Source: Candidatus Bathyarchaeota archaeon
GTDB lineage: Archaea > Thermoproteota > Bathyarchaeia > Bathyarchaeales > Bathycorpusculaceae
Assembly (NCBI GenBank): GCA_963733095.1
Contig: CAVTBV010000014.1
Span: 100,599-164,598 of the forward strand
DNA: 64,000 bases
Direction: 5' to 3'
The notes beneath the pieces were generated by a model that did not search any database, was not told where the DNA came from, and worked only from the letters and a program-made list of their open reading frames with translations. A program made the translations under genes and the position numbers. Shown in pieces: positions 40,172 to 49,918 of the stretch (its first letter is position 1; every line of letters begins with the position of its first letter).

Positions 40172-40777
40172 ATGAAAAGAATTGTCTACTTGTTGCTTGC
40201 CCTCTTCATATCTTGTGGATTCCTAGCTGCTTGTGAAGGAGCCGTATGGTTTGAAGGGTACACCCCGCAAGAACCACAGGAAATCCAACTAAATATGCAG
40301 CACATTGAAAATCCCATCGTAAATGCATCTGTTCCAACATGTCATCTTTTGCTTAACGAAACGGGACCTGACAGTGCTGATCTAACCATTAGTATTGGCA
40401 CGGTCGCATTGTTTTACCAAAATGGAAACTTTAGCACTTGGTTCTCCATCGACTCCAAAGCACCAGAAGAACTTGCCAGCATCCTAAAAACAGAACCTTC
40501 AGCCGCTGGAGAGTCTTGCAGCCGCCAATACAATATTACACTAAACGGGTTAAGCAATGGTGCTCATCTCATTACTATTCGAGTCGCAGGACAATATTAC
40601 GGTCCTGAGGTGAGCTATTATGATTGTGAAGGTAACAAAACTGTTCTGGTTAATAACCAAATCACTGCATCTCCAACTGTTCCAGAGTTATCTTGGTTAT
40701 TAATCATGCCCTTGCTGATTGGTACTCTTACAGTTGCACTACTGCTTAGACATCGAAGAAACATTAAGACAAGATGA
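40172..40777 (+). CDS. secreted protein with PEF-CTERM-like (VPEL) anchor
   Basis: Signal peptide; GLSNGAH.I Ig-like strand; PTVPELS+TM+RHRR. Confidence 0.8.
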   Translation: MKRIVYLLLALFISCGFLAACEGAVWFEGYTPQEPQEIQLNMQHIENPIVNASVPTCHLLLNETGPDSADLTISIGTVALFYQNGNFSTWFSIDSKAPEELASILKTEPSAAGESCSRQYNITLNGLSNGAHLITIRVAGQYYGPEVSYYDCEGNKTVLVNNQITASPTVPELSWLLIMPLLIGTLTVALLLRHRRNIKTR

Positions 40778-40788
40778 GTTATAAGTCA

Positions 40789-40851
40789 ATAATTATCAGG
40801 GGATTTTCGGCGCTAATTAAGAATTATGTTGGGATTTCCTATTATAATTAT
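40789..40851 (+). repeat. full 63-bp palindromic element
   Basis: ATAATTATC-N15-CTAATT-AAG-AATTAT-N15-TATAATTAT, 11 bp after a stop codon. Confidence 0.88.
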
Positions 40852-41380
40852 GAGGTAACACGTAGCTCCAGCGCTAAAATTAGTGCAATCTCGATAGAGT
40901 TCATATTAGGTCTGTAGGTGGCAGGTTAGAGATTAATGGGTAAAAAGCTGAAGACTATCTTGCGGGCAGTTGTTAGTATGCCTATTACTGCAATTCTTCT
41001 TCTTTCAGGGGATCTCTGTGTTGTCTACGGTCACGTTCGGTGTCGCACACGCTACGTGGGATATGCCTAAGAAAATGCCGACCAATAACTTTCGAAGATT
41101 CCACATTGAAAGTTGAATGATGGTAACTTGGTTTTTTTATAACCATTTTTGGAAGCACCTCTCTCTTCTTTCTTTGAAACATTATAACGTTGTTATGGGC
41201 AGAAATAAACTTTTGCCTTCAATTAGTTGTTTTACAAAAACAGAGTTCTTAGGTAGCGCGCGCTAATCTACATAGCAAACCCTTTTAATTCAGCTAAAGA
41301 TGATGAAAGTTATGTCATCAACCAAAAAGATGGTTGTTGAGTGGAAAGGTAATCTCTGCTTAGAAGAAATATTTTGTAAA

Positions 41381-41411
41381 AAGAACCGTTGGGAATTCCC
41401 TTGATAATTGT
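41381..41411 (+). repeat. partial copy of palindromic element
   Basis: AAGAACC-GTTGGGAATTCCCTT-GATAATTGT. Confidence 0.7.
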
Positions 41412-41465
41412 GATACAAGCCCTAACCAAGAGTAATTCCGAAATCGGCAACCTAAAGCCGTTGCA

Positions 41466-41870
41466 CTATCGGGACTTGGAAACGTTCAGTTTTACAGCAG
41501 CACGAATTAGGGTCTTGAAGGCTTCCTCGTTAATCTTCTCGCCTTCATGTATGTCGATGGCGCGCCTGACAGTTCCAGGCTGGTTGAACAGGTGCGAGGG
41601 GTCATCCAGCGAAGCACCCTTGAAGAAAGTAAGCTTGACCGCACTCTTGTAGGTCTCTCCTGTACAGATGCCACCGTTGTGGGACCAGACTGGAGTCCCG
41701 GGATTTGTTGGCTTCACCCACTTCCACTCTTCAACTACTTCCGGGTCTGCCTCCTTGATGAGTCGGCGCACTTTAGCTAACGTTTCTCCGCGCCAGTCGC
41801 CTAGTTCCTGAATTTTCCTGTCGATAAGTTGTGAAGGAGACTCGTCTTTTTTCTCGCTACTCTTTGCCAT
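41466..41870 (-). CDS. DUF1801 (YdhG-like) protein
   Basis: DWRGETL..VR.LI.EADP.V.EEWKW..PVW.H.G.ICTGE.YK..VKLTF.KGA.L.DP..LFN. Confidence 0.9.
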   Translation of the reverse strand: MAKSSEKKDESPSQLIDRKIQELGDWRGETLAKVRRLIKEADPEVVEEWKWVKPTNPGTPVWSHNGGICTGETYKSAVKLTFFKGASLDDPSHLFNQPGTVRRAIDIHEGEKINEEAFKTLIRAAVKLNVSKSR

Positions 41871-42068
41871 GTTGTTCACCTGTCAAAAGATTTCATAGTT
41901 AAGAACTTGGTTGCCTAGTTTTAGGTACTCAGTGCCTTATTTATACCCATACTTATTGGCTGAAGGCTTCTTAATTTCTAGAGCACTTGGGCTTTTTGGT
42001 ACTTTAATTAGTCGATAGCATCTATGCGGAACATATTTGTGCGCAGGATGTTGAGTACATCTGAGTTA

Positions 42069-42131
42069 ATAATTATCAGGGGTTTTTCGGCTCTAATTGA
42101 GAATTATGTTGGGCTTTCCCTTGATAATTAT
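42069..42131 (+). repeat. full 63-bp palindromic element
   Basis: ATAATTATC-AGGGGTTTTTCGGCT-CTAATT-GAG-AATTAT-GTTGGGCTTTCCCTT-GATAATTAT. Confidence 0.88.
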
Positions 42132-42176
42132 AGTCCAAACCCGAATAGCTAGCTCGAGTCAATTTAACTAAGTATT

Positions 42177-42194
42177 GGATTAAATTTTAGTCCC
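42177..42194. repeat. 18-bp near-palindromic repeat, left copy
   Basis: GGATTAAATTTTAGTCCC, identical at 43525-43542. Confidence 0.75.
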
Positions 42195-42315
42195 CAAACC
42201 CAAACTACCTAACGTCTAATCGCTATCTCTTCTTCCCCTACTCCCTCTTATTCTCTAAGCGCGCTGTTAAATATTAATATTAAAAACACTAAATAGTCAA
42301 TATAAAGGAAATATA

Positions 42316-43446
42316 ATGAAGAATTCGAAGGATGGCTGGTTCTGGATCAATCTGGAAAGGCCGGACCGGAGGATACTGATTTTCTTTTTCTGTTGCATAG
42401 CTATAATCTTAACTCTGATAATTATAACTGGTATCCTATCATTGGAAGAAGACCTTTTTTTCTCCGCCATTCTTGTTCTCGGTGGCTTGATGAGCGCTTT
42501 CATAATCACAGGAATATTGGCTTTCAGTTACTATTATAAAAGAGCGATAATCTCCACCAGAACGGTTCTGTCATGGTTCGCAATCTTCGCGTTTATTTTT
42601 TCAGCAGTGGCTAATGTCGTCATTTATCTGCTGGCCCAAATGAGATACTTTGGCGCATCCACATTTTTTCTTTTTGACCTCAACACCGTTAGCATCAATA
42701 ATATCTTGTGGCAATTTCTCGTGCTTTTCCTATTGGCCATTTTTGTGCTGATTGAGACCATGTTTGAGGCTTTTGGCCTTATTTGGATGCTGGCAGTCGT
42801 GGAAAAAAATACTTTCCCCTATGCTCTGACGGACATAACGAAAATAACTTCCAATACATCAAATTCAATGTCCAGAAAAAACAAACTTACCAGCAGAAGA
42901 TACTCATTGCTCCAATGGTTGTTCAATATACCAGACGTTCTTGACACAAAACTTCTCAGCATAAACTATGATGAACAGAAGAAAAGGTTCCAATGGAAAG
43001 CCCTCAAAACCGCCGTTCTCTGGGGGTCGTTTCTAGGCTTTATCCTAACAATTCTCGTCGTTAACTACATAAAATCCTTAGCACAAATATCCATAGAAAA
43101 CCTGTTAGCGATATCCAGTATAATAGTAATAATGACACCGGTACTCGTTCTCTCATGGTTTATCTTCCTCAGACTGGATGCCCGCATCAAAGGAGACGTT
43201 AAGGACTTTAAACTCTACAACGGCCTCAAATCCCGTATAACTAGTTACACTGTGACATTTGGCACATTCATTATCTTGATCCGTTTTGCCGTCGAAAAGA
43301 CGGACTTTCAACAACTGTTCTGGTCGTTCGTCAGCTACTACCCGATTTTTTTGGTTTCAGTAACGATTTTCACTTTCATTTACTTCAATTATTTCGAGAA
43401 TAACATAGCAAAGAACATTGCCGACAAGTATCGTAAAAAGGAGTAG
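42316..43446 (+). CDS. polytopic membrane protein of unknown function
   Basis: 376-aa ORF with ~8 hydrophobic segments. Confidence 0.8.
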   Translation: MKNSKDGWFWINLERPDRRILIFFFCCIAIILTLIIITGILSLEEDLFFSAILVLGGLMSAFIITGILAFSYYYKRAIISTRTVLSWFAIFAFIFSAVANVVIYLLAQMRYFGASTFFLFDLNTVSINNILWQFLVLFLLAIFVLIETMFEAFGLIWMLAVVEKNTFPYALTDITKITSNTSNSMSRKNKLTSRRYSLLQWLFNIPDVLDTKLLSINYDEQKKRFQWKALKTAVLWGSFLGFILTILVVNYIKSLAQISIENLLAISSIIVIMTPVLVLSWFIFLRLDARIKGDVKDFKLYNGLKSRITSYTVTFGTFIILIRFAVEKTDFQQLFWSFVSYYPIFLVSVTIFTFIYFNYFENNIAKNIADKYRKKE

Positions 43447-43524
43447 TCTTGGAAATGGTGTAAAAGCGGGTATTTTTTTTTATTCTTGTTTTTCTTAAAA
43501 AGAAAGAATAAGAGTGGGGGTTGG

Positions 43525-43542
43525 GGATTAAATTTTAGTCCC
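43525..43542. repeat. 18-bp near-palindromic repeat, right copy
   Basis: GGATTAAATTTTAGTCCC, identical at 42177-42194. Confidence 0.75.
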
Positions 43543-43767
43543 ACACACATTTTCAACGGCAAAGCCTTGGCTCTGGTTTTACGTTGCTTGATTTCAGGTA
43601 AACAGGGGTCCGCCTGGAGGTCAAATGTAGGTCTTGCGCTCACGTTCAGGTATGTATCTACCATCGAGGAATCTCACCCCATAACACGTACATTTCACAA
43701 ATGAAGAAACGTTCCTCTGATCCTCTCAAAATAGGAATAGATACAGGGGCGTGATTGTTATCTAAAA

Positions 43768-44742
43768 TCAGCGTCTCCAATTATTATATTTGGCGTAAGT
43801 GGTTATATCGGGAGATTCGGTTTTTGCCAATAAATCAGTAATATATTTTTTTGCGGATTCTACAACCTTGCTTTCGAAGGATACGATTCCTGCTTCAAGC
43901 AATCCTCCTCCTGTTGAACCACTGTATAGGTTCATTGAAGAGACTATCGCCACTTTATGGTCAATTATTATGATTTTGGCATGGATAGTATTGATGTAAT
44001 GAATGTTAACTCCTTTTTTTCTCAAAAGGGCATGACACTCTACTTTTTTAACATCATCTTTGTCCTTTTTTGGTCTGGTAGTAACAATTCTAACATTTAC
44101 ACGTCTGTCCTTTGCTTCTGTTAAAAGTGTTATAGGGTGACAACTATCAACATAGGGGCTTGTAACTAAGATTTCGTCTTTAGCTTTTTCAATCAGGTCT
44201 CTGGCTAATTCTTCAAGCCTTAACCCTTCTAAAAAGAATTGTTTTGATTCTAAAGCAATATTGATTGGCTTTGAAGCTACCCATTGAATTAGCCCTTGAA
44301 TTAGGCTATCGTCAATTTTTTCTGAGATGGGTACCTTTTGAACTGGTTTTTCTGCTTCTTTAGGTTCGACATTTGAAGTTGTTTTAGACTCTATTTTTAT
44401 TGAATTTGTTTTTTGTTCGGCTTCTGCTTTTGCCTTAATTTGTTTTTGTATCTCTTGATGTTTTCTGCAAAGAGCCATATTGAAAAAACTTGTAGAGTAA
44501 CTATATTCTTTAGGGGTTATTTCCTCTTGGCATACAACACAGCAATAATTTTGCTTTTCCAAAGTGCTTTCAGGCTCTGATGGTGCATTTGTTTTTTGTT
44601 CAGTTTCGGCTTTTGCTTTAATTTGTTTTTGAATTTCTTGGTGTTTTCTGCAAAGAGCCATATTGTAGAATTTGAGTGAGTAACTTTCTTCTTTGTCTGT
44701 TATTTCTTCTTGGCAAACGACACAGCGATTGGTCATAGCCAA
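43768..44742 (-). CDS. PLD-family (single HKD) nuclease-like protein with two N-terminal Zn-finger repeats
   Basis: Twice CVVCQEEIT.KE.SYS..F.NMALCRKHQ; A..EILVTSPY; HAKIIIID; SSMN; EAGI. Confidence 0.85.
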   Translation of the reverse strand: MAMTNRCVVCQEEITDKEESYSLKFYNMALCRKHQEIQKQIKAKAETEQKTNAPSEPESTLEKQNYCCVVCQEEITPKEYSYSTSFFNMALCRKHQEIQKQIKAKAEAEQKTNSIKIESKTTSNVEPKEAEKPVQKVPISEKIDDSLIQGLIQWVASKPINIALESKQFFLEGLRLEELARDLIEKAKDEILVTSPYVDSCHPITLLTEAKDRRVNVRIVTTRPKKDKDDVKKVECHALLRKKGVNIHYINTIHAKIIIIDHKVAIVSSMNLYSGSTGGGLLEAGIVSFESKVVESAKKYITDLLAKTESPDITTYAKYNNWRR

Positions 44743-45083
44743 ATTTTATCTCAACAAATAATATAAATGGTTCTAATCAGAGATCAACATCCGTTTTACT
44801 CAATCATGTAAAACGTCCTTAACGTCGTAAACTGTGACAGCTCCAAGCTGTAACATTAAAGAACGGTTGGATGCAAAAAGCCCTAATACCTCATTAGTCC
44901 AAGCACGATAATAACCCGAATCAAAAAAATCGGTAACAAACTCACTATCTTACTGTGAACACAGCGACGAAGAACTCAAAGAACAGGCATATCAATTGCT
45001 AATCTGGAAACGAAACTTCAGAAAACACTTCTATAAGACCAGAAAAAGGAGGAGGGATTGGTTTTTTTTGCTTGAGGAATTGG

Positions 45084-47720
45084 CTATGGCTTTTTTCTAA
45101 GTAACAATACGCCGACTATGGCGATTGCAATGATTATGGCGATTACTCCCACTGCGATGTACATCATTATGTCTGTTGTTGTGGCCAAGTTTGTTTGAGG
45201 TGCAGCCGTTGGTTGGGCTGTTGGTGCTGCTTCGCTTGCAGTGAAGTGTGTTTCTGCATTGGAGGGGTAGTATGAGTCTGATCCTGCAAAAGTAGCTATG
45301 ACTGTGTAAGCGCCTGCTATGTCAGGTGTCCAAGTAAAAGCAAACGTGCCGCTGCCATCGCTTGTAGTGGTGCCGATGTTTCTGTAGTTGCCATTAGAGT
45401 CAAGAACATCGATTGACACTGGAACGCCAGTCACGTTGTTTGGGCATGATTGCTGCATGTAAACATACTCCATCCAAGCGCTTTGGCTCGCGTCAGAAAC
45501 ACAAGGTAATCCATTGGGGAAGTTGGCTGCTTGTGCCTGTTGTTGTGTGCCTGCAGAGATGTCGGTAACTGTTCCCGTTATCGTTATTGGTGTGGAAGTT
45601 GTTACGCCAACACTTGGTGCTTCAACTGTTAATTTGCTTGGTCCTTGACCGTAGGCGTATAATTGATTATCATATGCGTTGAGTACCATTGCTTCGCCGT
45701 CTACGATTGGTGCCGCGTTGGTAACGTCAAAGCCCATTATTTTCCATATCAACGAGCCATCAGTAGTGTTTAGTGCCAGTTGCTGTGCTCCGCGGAAAAG
45801 GGGTGGACTATACTCATGACCAACATTAAGTAAATACACTCCGTTTCCAGAAATAGACCCGCCGCTGAAAACCCAAAGTGGCCACACACCGTAAGGTGTA
45901 TCAGAACCAGCTTCTCCAATGAGCGTGTTAGTATTTGTGTACCACAGTTGCTGTCCACTTGTTACGTCAAGAGCCCATATGTCTCCTCCAAAGCCCGCTA
46001 CATAAAGTACGCCATTAGCAAGTTCTGTTTGGTAGCCGCCGATGCTGTTGTATGGGTTTGGCACTGGGAAGTTTCCGTTGTCACCTGAGAGTTTTATTGG
46101 ACCCCATGCCAGTGTTCCTGTATTCAAACTGTAAGCTCTGATTGTGCCTTGGGTTGCATCAATTCTAACTTCAAGTCCATATCCAACCTTAGTGATCTGA
46201 TCCCTTGCGAAAGCATCTAGCGTTCGATTAGTTATCCACAGTTGTGTTCCTGTAACTGAACTGTAACCTGCTTCAATTCCGAACCCAGTATTAAAACTAC
46301 CAGACACGTCTGGAGCAGGAACAGCAGTCAAAAACACCACACCGCTATTGACATTATTAATCGACAGCGTCTGGGGCAGAGGAACACCTGAAATGTCTGT
46401 TGCTAGCGGTGTTGTCCATTGTATTCCACGTTTGAAATCAATGACTTGGTTTTGTAGTGGTCTCCAGTTCCAGTTCGCAACTGTCGTTCCGAGAACGAAT
46501 TGGCTGTTTGGATAGAGAATTGCTTGGGTCGAGTTCCACATGTTCAACGTTGGTGCGGTTGGAATCGTATTGTTAACAAAGTAGCCTATCAAATTTCCGC
46601 TGTCATCTTCTGTTAGCGTCATCGAAGAACCGTTTACAATGCTCAGAATGAAGTTCCCCGTTTGGGCGTCATACATATCCCAAACTGCGGCGTTTACGCT
46701 GGGACCAGTGCCCAGGTTAAATGGGTTTACCAGAAGAGGATTGGCCCATAAGTATGCGATTGACCCAAACTGGTTGGGGTTCACCATTTGTAGCAGTTGG
46801 CCGCATCTTAGAATGTCAGTAGTATTTTTTGTCCATAGTGTTTGTCCAGTGCGTATGTCTACGGCAACCCAGCCGCCTGGTGTAGTGTAGGAATTCGGGT
46901 ATGTTACATAGTACATTATGCCGTTTATGATTATTGGCGCCCATTTTGGCTCATACTGTGAAGTTGAGTAGTAGTTGCTTGTGTCGGTTCCGCCGAATTC
47001 TCCTCCAACTAAGCCTCCGAACGCAACAGGCTTTGTCCATAAAATGTGAGCTGCCAATGGCGCGTCAGAGTATGGATTATAGTTTCCGGTCATGTTGTAT
47101 CTTCCTGTATTGGCGAAACTGTGTGTGCCCAAACCAAGCCAATTGCCCGTAATCGTTGACCATAAACCGTTTCCAGATTGTACTGGGCGCGTCCAGTAGC
47201 TTGTTGGTAGCGGAACTGTCTGTATATATGGGATTGCCTCTGCTTGCACTGTGCAATGTGCTGTTTCACTGGTGGAGGCCTCAAAATAATCGCCAATATA
47301 TGGACCAAATCCTCCGTTTTCACCGGTCAGTGTTTGGCCTGGAAAATTAAACACAAATGAGTAGTTTCCGAGTTGGGTTGGCGTGAATGTTGTGTATGTT
47401 CCTCCTGTGTCATCAGATGTAAATGGCCCTAGCGTTTGTGTGGTTCCATCAGGACTTGTAATTGTCAGTTTGAAATTGTGCCATCTGTCGCCAGTTGCGG
47501 CGAGTGCCGTGGGTGGTGGTATTTGAAGCCACATGCCAACTGTAACTGTTTGACCGAGACCTGCAGGGTTTGGCGCAACGTTAACAAAGGCATAAGTTGG
47601 AATTTGCCATGCTGGTGTATGTGCATTAGTGCTGGGTAATAGAATCATTGAAGTTCCCATAGAAATTGTTAAAAGCAAAGCAATCAAAATAGCCATAGTT
47701 TTATTTTTTAGTTTTTCCAT
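45084..47720 (-). CDS. large cell-surface PQQ-like beta-propeller protein, paralog 2
   Basis: Same architecture as 33837..36683; ends in TM+RKKP. Confidence 0.85.
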   Translation of the reverse strand: MEKLKNKTMAILIALLLTISMGTSMILLPSTNAHTPAWQIPTYAFVNVAPNPAGLGQTVTVGMWLQIPPPTALAATGDRWHNFKLTITSPDGTTQTLGPFTSDDTGGTYTTFTPTQLGNYSFVFNFPGQTLTGENGGFGPYIGDYFEASTSETAHCTVQAEAIPYIQTVPLPTSYWTRPVQSGNGLWSTITGNWLGLGTHSFANTGRYNMTGNYNPYSDAPLAAHILWTKPVAFGGLVGGEFGGTDTSNYYSTSQYEPKWAPIIINGIMYYVTYPNSYTTPGGWVAVDIRTGQTLWTKNTTDILRCGQLLQMVNPNQFGSIAYLWANPLLVNPFNLGTGPSVNAAVWDMYDAQTGNFILSIVNGSSMTLTEDDSGNLIGYFVNNTIPTAPTLNMWNSTQAILYPNSQFVLGTTVANWNWRPLQNQVIDFKRGIQWTTPLATDISGVPLPQTLSINNVNSGVVFLTAVPAPDVSGSFNTGFGIEAGYSSVTGTQLWITNRTLDAFARDQITKVGYGLEVRIDATQGTIRAYSLNTGTLAWGPIKLSGDNGNFPVPNPYNSIGGYQTELANGVLYVAGFGGDIWALDVTSGQQLWYTNTNTLIGEAGSDTPYGVWPLWVFSGGSISGNGVYLLNVGHEYSPPLFRGAQQLALNTTDGSLIWKIMGFDVTNAAPIVDGEAMVLNAYDNQLYAYGQGPSKLTVEAPSVGVTTSTPITITGTVTDISAGTQQQAQAANFPNGLPCVSDASQSAWMEYVYMQQSCPNNVTGVPVSIDVLDSNGNYRNIGTTTSDGSGTFAFTWTPDIAGAYTVIATFAGSDSYYPSNAETHFTASEAAPTAQPTAAPQTNLATTTDIMMYIAVGVIAIIIAIAIVGVLLLRKKP

Positions 47721-47894
47721 TTTATTTTTCCTTTCCTTTAATTTAGGTCAAAAAGTATGAAAATACTTCTTGCAGATTCCCTCTTGTCTACTTCTTATTT
47801 AAATAACTTTGCAATTTACTCCAAAACATTGTAAAGCGGCAGACAAATATCCAAAAGGTGCTGGTAGTAAAACAGGTGGTTTGAATGGGAGCTG

Positions 47895-48108
47895 ATGGAT
47901 AGAATAACGATAGACCCTGAAGTTATGGTTGGTAAACCAGTCATTAAGGGTACCCGTATCACGGTGCAGCTGATTGTTCAACTCTTGGCAAATGGGGCAT
48001 CAGAAGTTGAATACTAAATGATTACTCGGATCTGAAGAAGGAAGACATTAAAGCTGCCTCTTATACGCGTCCGAATGCCTTGGTCGCGAAGAAGTTATTC
48101 CTGTTTGA
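47895..48108 (+). pseudogene. DUF433 antitoxin pseudogene
   Basis: [24 protein letters not shown]..., then frameshifted [16 protein letters not shown] and LYASE. Confidence 0.85.
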
Positions 48109-48128
48109 GCGCAGAGGAAGTCGCGTCT

Positions 48129-48300
48129 TTGGCGAAAATCCTCGTCGACCAAAATATAGCAAAACGTGCCCTGGACTGGCTCAAGCATAAGGGCTTTGAA
48201 ATAGTTACCTTAGCAGATGTCAACCTCAGAGGCCAGCTGACAAGAAGATAGCGGCATTCGCTATGCAAAACAACATGGCGATTCTGACACAAGACGTTCG
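48129..48300 (+). pseudogene. DUF5615 PIN-like toxin pseudogene, truncated
   Basis: MAKILVDQNI....WL..KGFE........RG, frameshift, ADKKI..FA..NNMAILTQD; canonical partner of DUF433. Confidence 0.8.
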
Positions 48301-48347
48301 AGGAAATCAGGTATCGCATACCCTGTGATGGTCTTGCCAAAGACTCT

Positions 48348-48998
48348 CTACAAGCATTTAAGGTATTTGATTAGCCGTTGGAATTCTCCGGTTTTTCTCA
48401 TCTGCCCCCTCTGAAGCATTTCTTCTATGGTCGACTTGACGTAAAGTCCGCCAGGAGGATACAGCTGACGCGCCACTAAGGTAAAGACTTTGCAGTTTTG
48501 TTTTCCAATAGCTTCTTCTTTAAATCGCCATTTGTAGGGACCTCCCGGTGGAAGAAGCGTTTCAGAGAGAACGACAACAGCAAAATTCCGCACCTTGGCA
48601 GTTGCTTCAAGTTCATTGAATTTAACCCGCAGCACCTTGTTGGAGTCTTCGCGTTTTCCGCTCTCCAAAGTCTTGCCGCCGACAGCGTTGTTCTTAACCT
48701 CTATCACTATCTTCACTTGGCTAGATGGGGCTGTTTCTTGGTTTGGGTCTACACCGTTTTTCAAGAGCAGCAAATCATTTTTGATTTTAGATCCTTGAAT
48801 CTTGACGTTTGGAATCATTGACAAATTAAGGCTTCTTCTAATAAGGTGATTGCGTAAGACTGTTTCCGCTGGGCTTCCGTTCCGCTCGCGAGCTGTTTTG
48901 TCGGTTTTTTGTTTCTCAAATTCTTCGCTGACCTCGATCAGCATAGTATACTCCTCATCGGTAGCTGTTAGGAGTGGTTTTTTGGAATAATTGGGCAC
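48348..48998 (-). CDS. PD-(D/E)xK nuclease, restriction-endonuclease-like
   Basis: AE...R..L helix, KNDLLLL, VIEVKN. Confidence 0.6.
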   Translation of the reverse strand: MPNYSKKPLLTATDEEYTMLIEVSEEFEKQKTDKTARERNGSPAETVLRNHLIRRSLNLSMIPNVKIQGSKIKNDLLLLKNGVDPNQETAPSSQVKIVIEVKNNAVGGKTLESGKREDSNKVLRVKFNELEATAKVRNFAVVVLSETLLPPGGPYKWRFKEEAIGKQNCKVFTLVARQLYPPGGLYVKSTIEEMLQRGQMRKTGEFQRLIKYLKCL

Positions 48999-49107
48999 AG
49001 GTAGGATATCACTCGCTTATAAAAAAACTCTTGCAAATTCGGTGAGCAACGCTTTTCTAAGAACATATTAATCGGACGGTAACTCACAACTATTTGAGGT
49101 TGAATGT

Positions 49108-49311
49108 ATGCCGATTGTTCAAGTTTCTGTTTGGGAAGGAATGACTCCTGAAAACAAAAAGAAAACCGTTGAAGGAATAACCAAAGTCTTCGAAGAAATG
49201 GGCGTACCAAAAGACGCAGTCCACATAGTGATCTATGAAGCTCCAAAAAGCAACTGGGCAACGGGCGGAGTGTTGCATTCAGAAAAACACGCCCAAACAC
49301 CCTCACTATAA
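49108..49311 (+). CDS. 4-oxalocrotonate tautomerase family protein
   Basis: N-terminal catalytic Pro (MPIVQV), K...V..IT, V.IVIYE....NW..GG. Confidence 0.92.
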   Translation: MPIVQVSVWEGMTPENKKKTVEGITKVFEEMGVPKDAVHIVIYEAPKSNWATGGVLHSEKHAQTPSL

Positions 49312-49379
49312 TCTGCATAATTAAATCAAAATACTAAAAATTAAATATGTCTTCTAGACTATCTGGCTTGTAGAGCTAA

Positions 49380-49580
49380 ATGTCGTATAGGAACAGTAGT
49401 GCTGGCAGATGTTCCCGTTGTGGTGGTGCAGTACTTAGGGGTGCACAGGGCGGTTTCTTTTGTTGTGTGTGTGGGCTTGAAAAACGAGAATTTCATGGAG
49501 ACTACGAATCAGTCGATTCACGAATGTTTTCTCGACGAGACAACAGAGAAAATACTAAGCGTTCACAAAGAAAATTCTAA
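49380..49580 (+). CDS. small zinc-ribbon protein, copy 2
   Basis: Part of a ~240-bp duplication (49334-49577 vs 32883-33125) that includes upstream sequence. Confidence 0.6.
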   Translation: MSYRNSSAGRCSRCGGAVLRGAQGGFFCCVCGLEKREFHGDYESVDSRMFSRRDNRENTKRSQRKF

Positions 49581-49661
49581 GCATAAGATTGTGCCCTACG
49601 ATGAAAACAATTTGTACTGCTCAGAAATTTTGTTAAATTTGCTTTATGCTAAAAGAAGCAA

Positions 49662-49727
49662 ACAATTATGCCGGAGCTTTCTTGCAACTTATTTAAGAAT
49701 TATGTTTGTAAATACTGCGATAATTAT
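49662..49727 (+). repeat. diverged copy of palindromic element
   Basis: ACAATTATG-N18-TTATTT-AAG-AATTAT-GTTTGTAAATACTGC-GATAATTAT. Confidence 0.72.
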
Positions 49728-49918
49728 GCACTAAACGCCAAGCTACAGTTTACACAAAGCTAAGGTGGGGAAATTAAACGCTACTATATTTTGAGTTTAT
49801 CAAGAGGTAAGTTAATTGGGATTGTATTTATGAAATGCGCATTAAAATCACAGCGTTTTGTTGATAGGTAGTTTAATGAAGAGTAAACTTAAAAAGTGGA
49901 TAAAAAGAGTTTACCTAA

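Noticed and set aside
40985-41182. 65-aa minus-strand ORF between two palindromic elements
   Set aside because: No recognisable motif. It could be cassette cargo, but support is too weak to call.
40789-42131. Classical integron attC call
   Set aside because: The elements lack the RYYYAAC...GTTRRRY ends and no IntI is in the window, so they are reported only as attC/dif-like candidates.
33361-49727. CRISPR array interpretation of the palindromic repeats
   Set aside because: Copies are mostly hundreds to thousands of bp apart and degenerate, there are no uniform spacers, and no cas genes were recognised.
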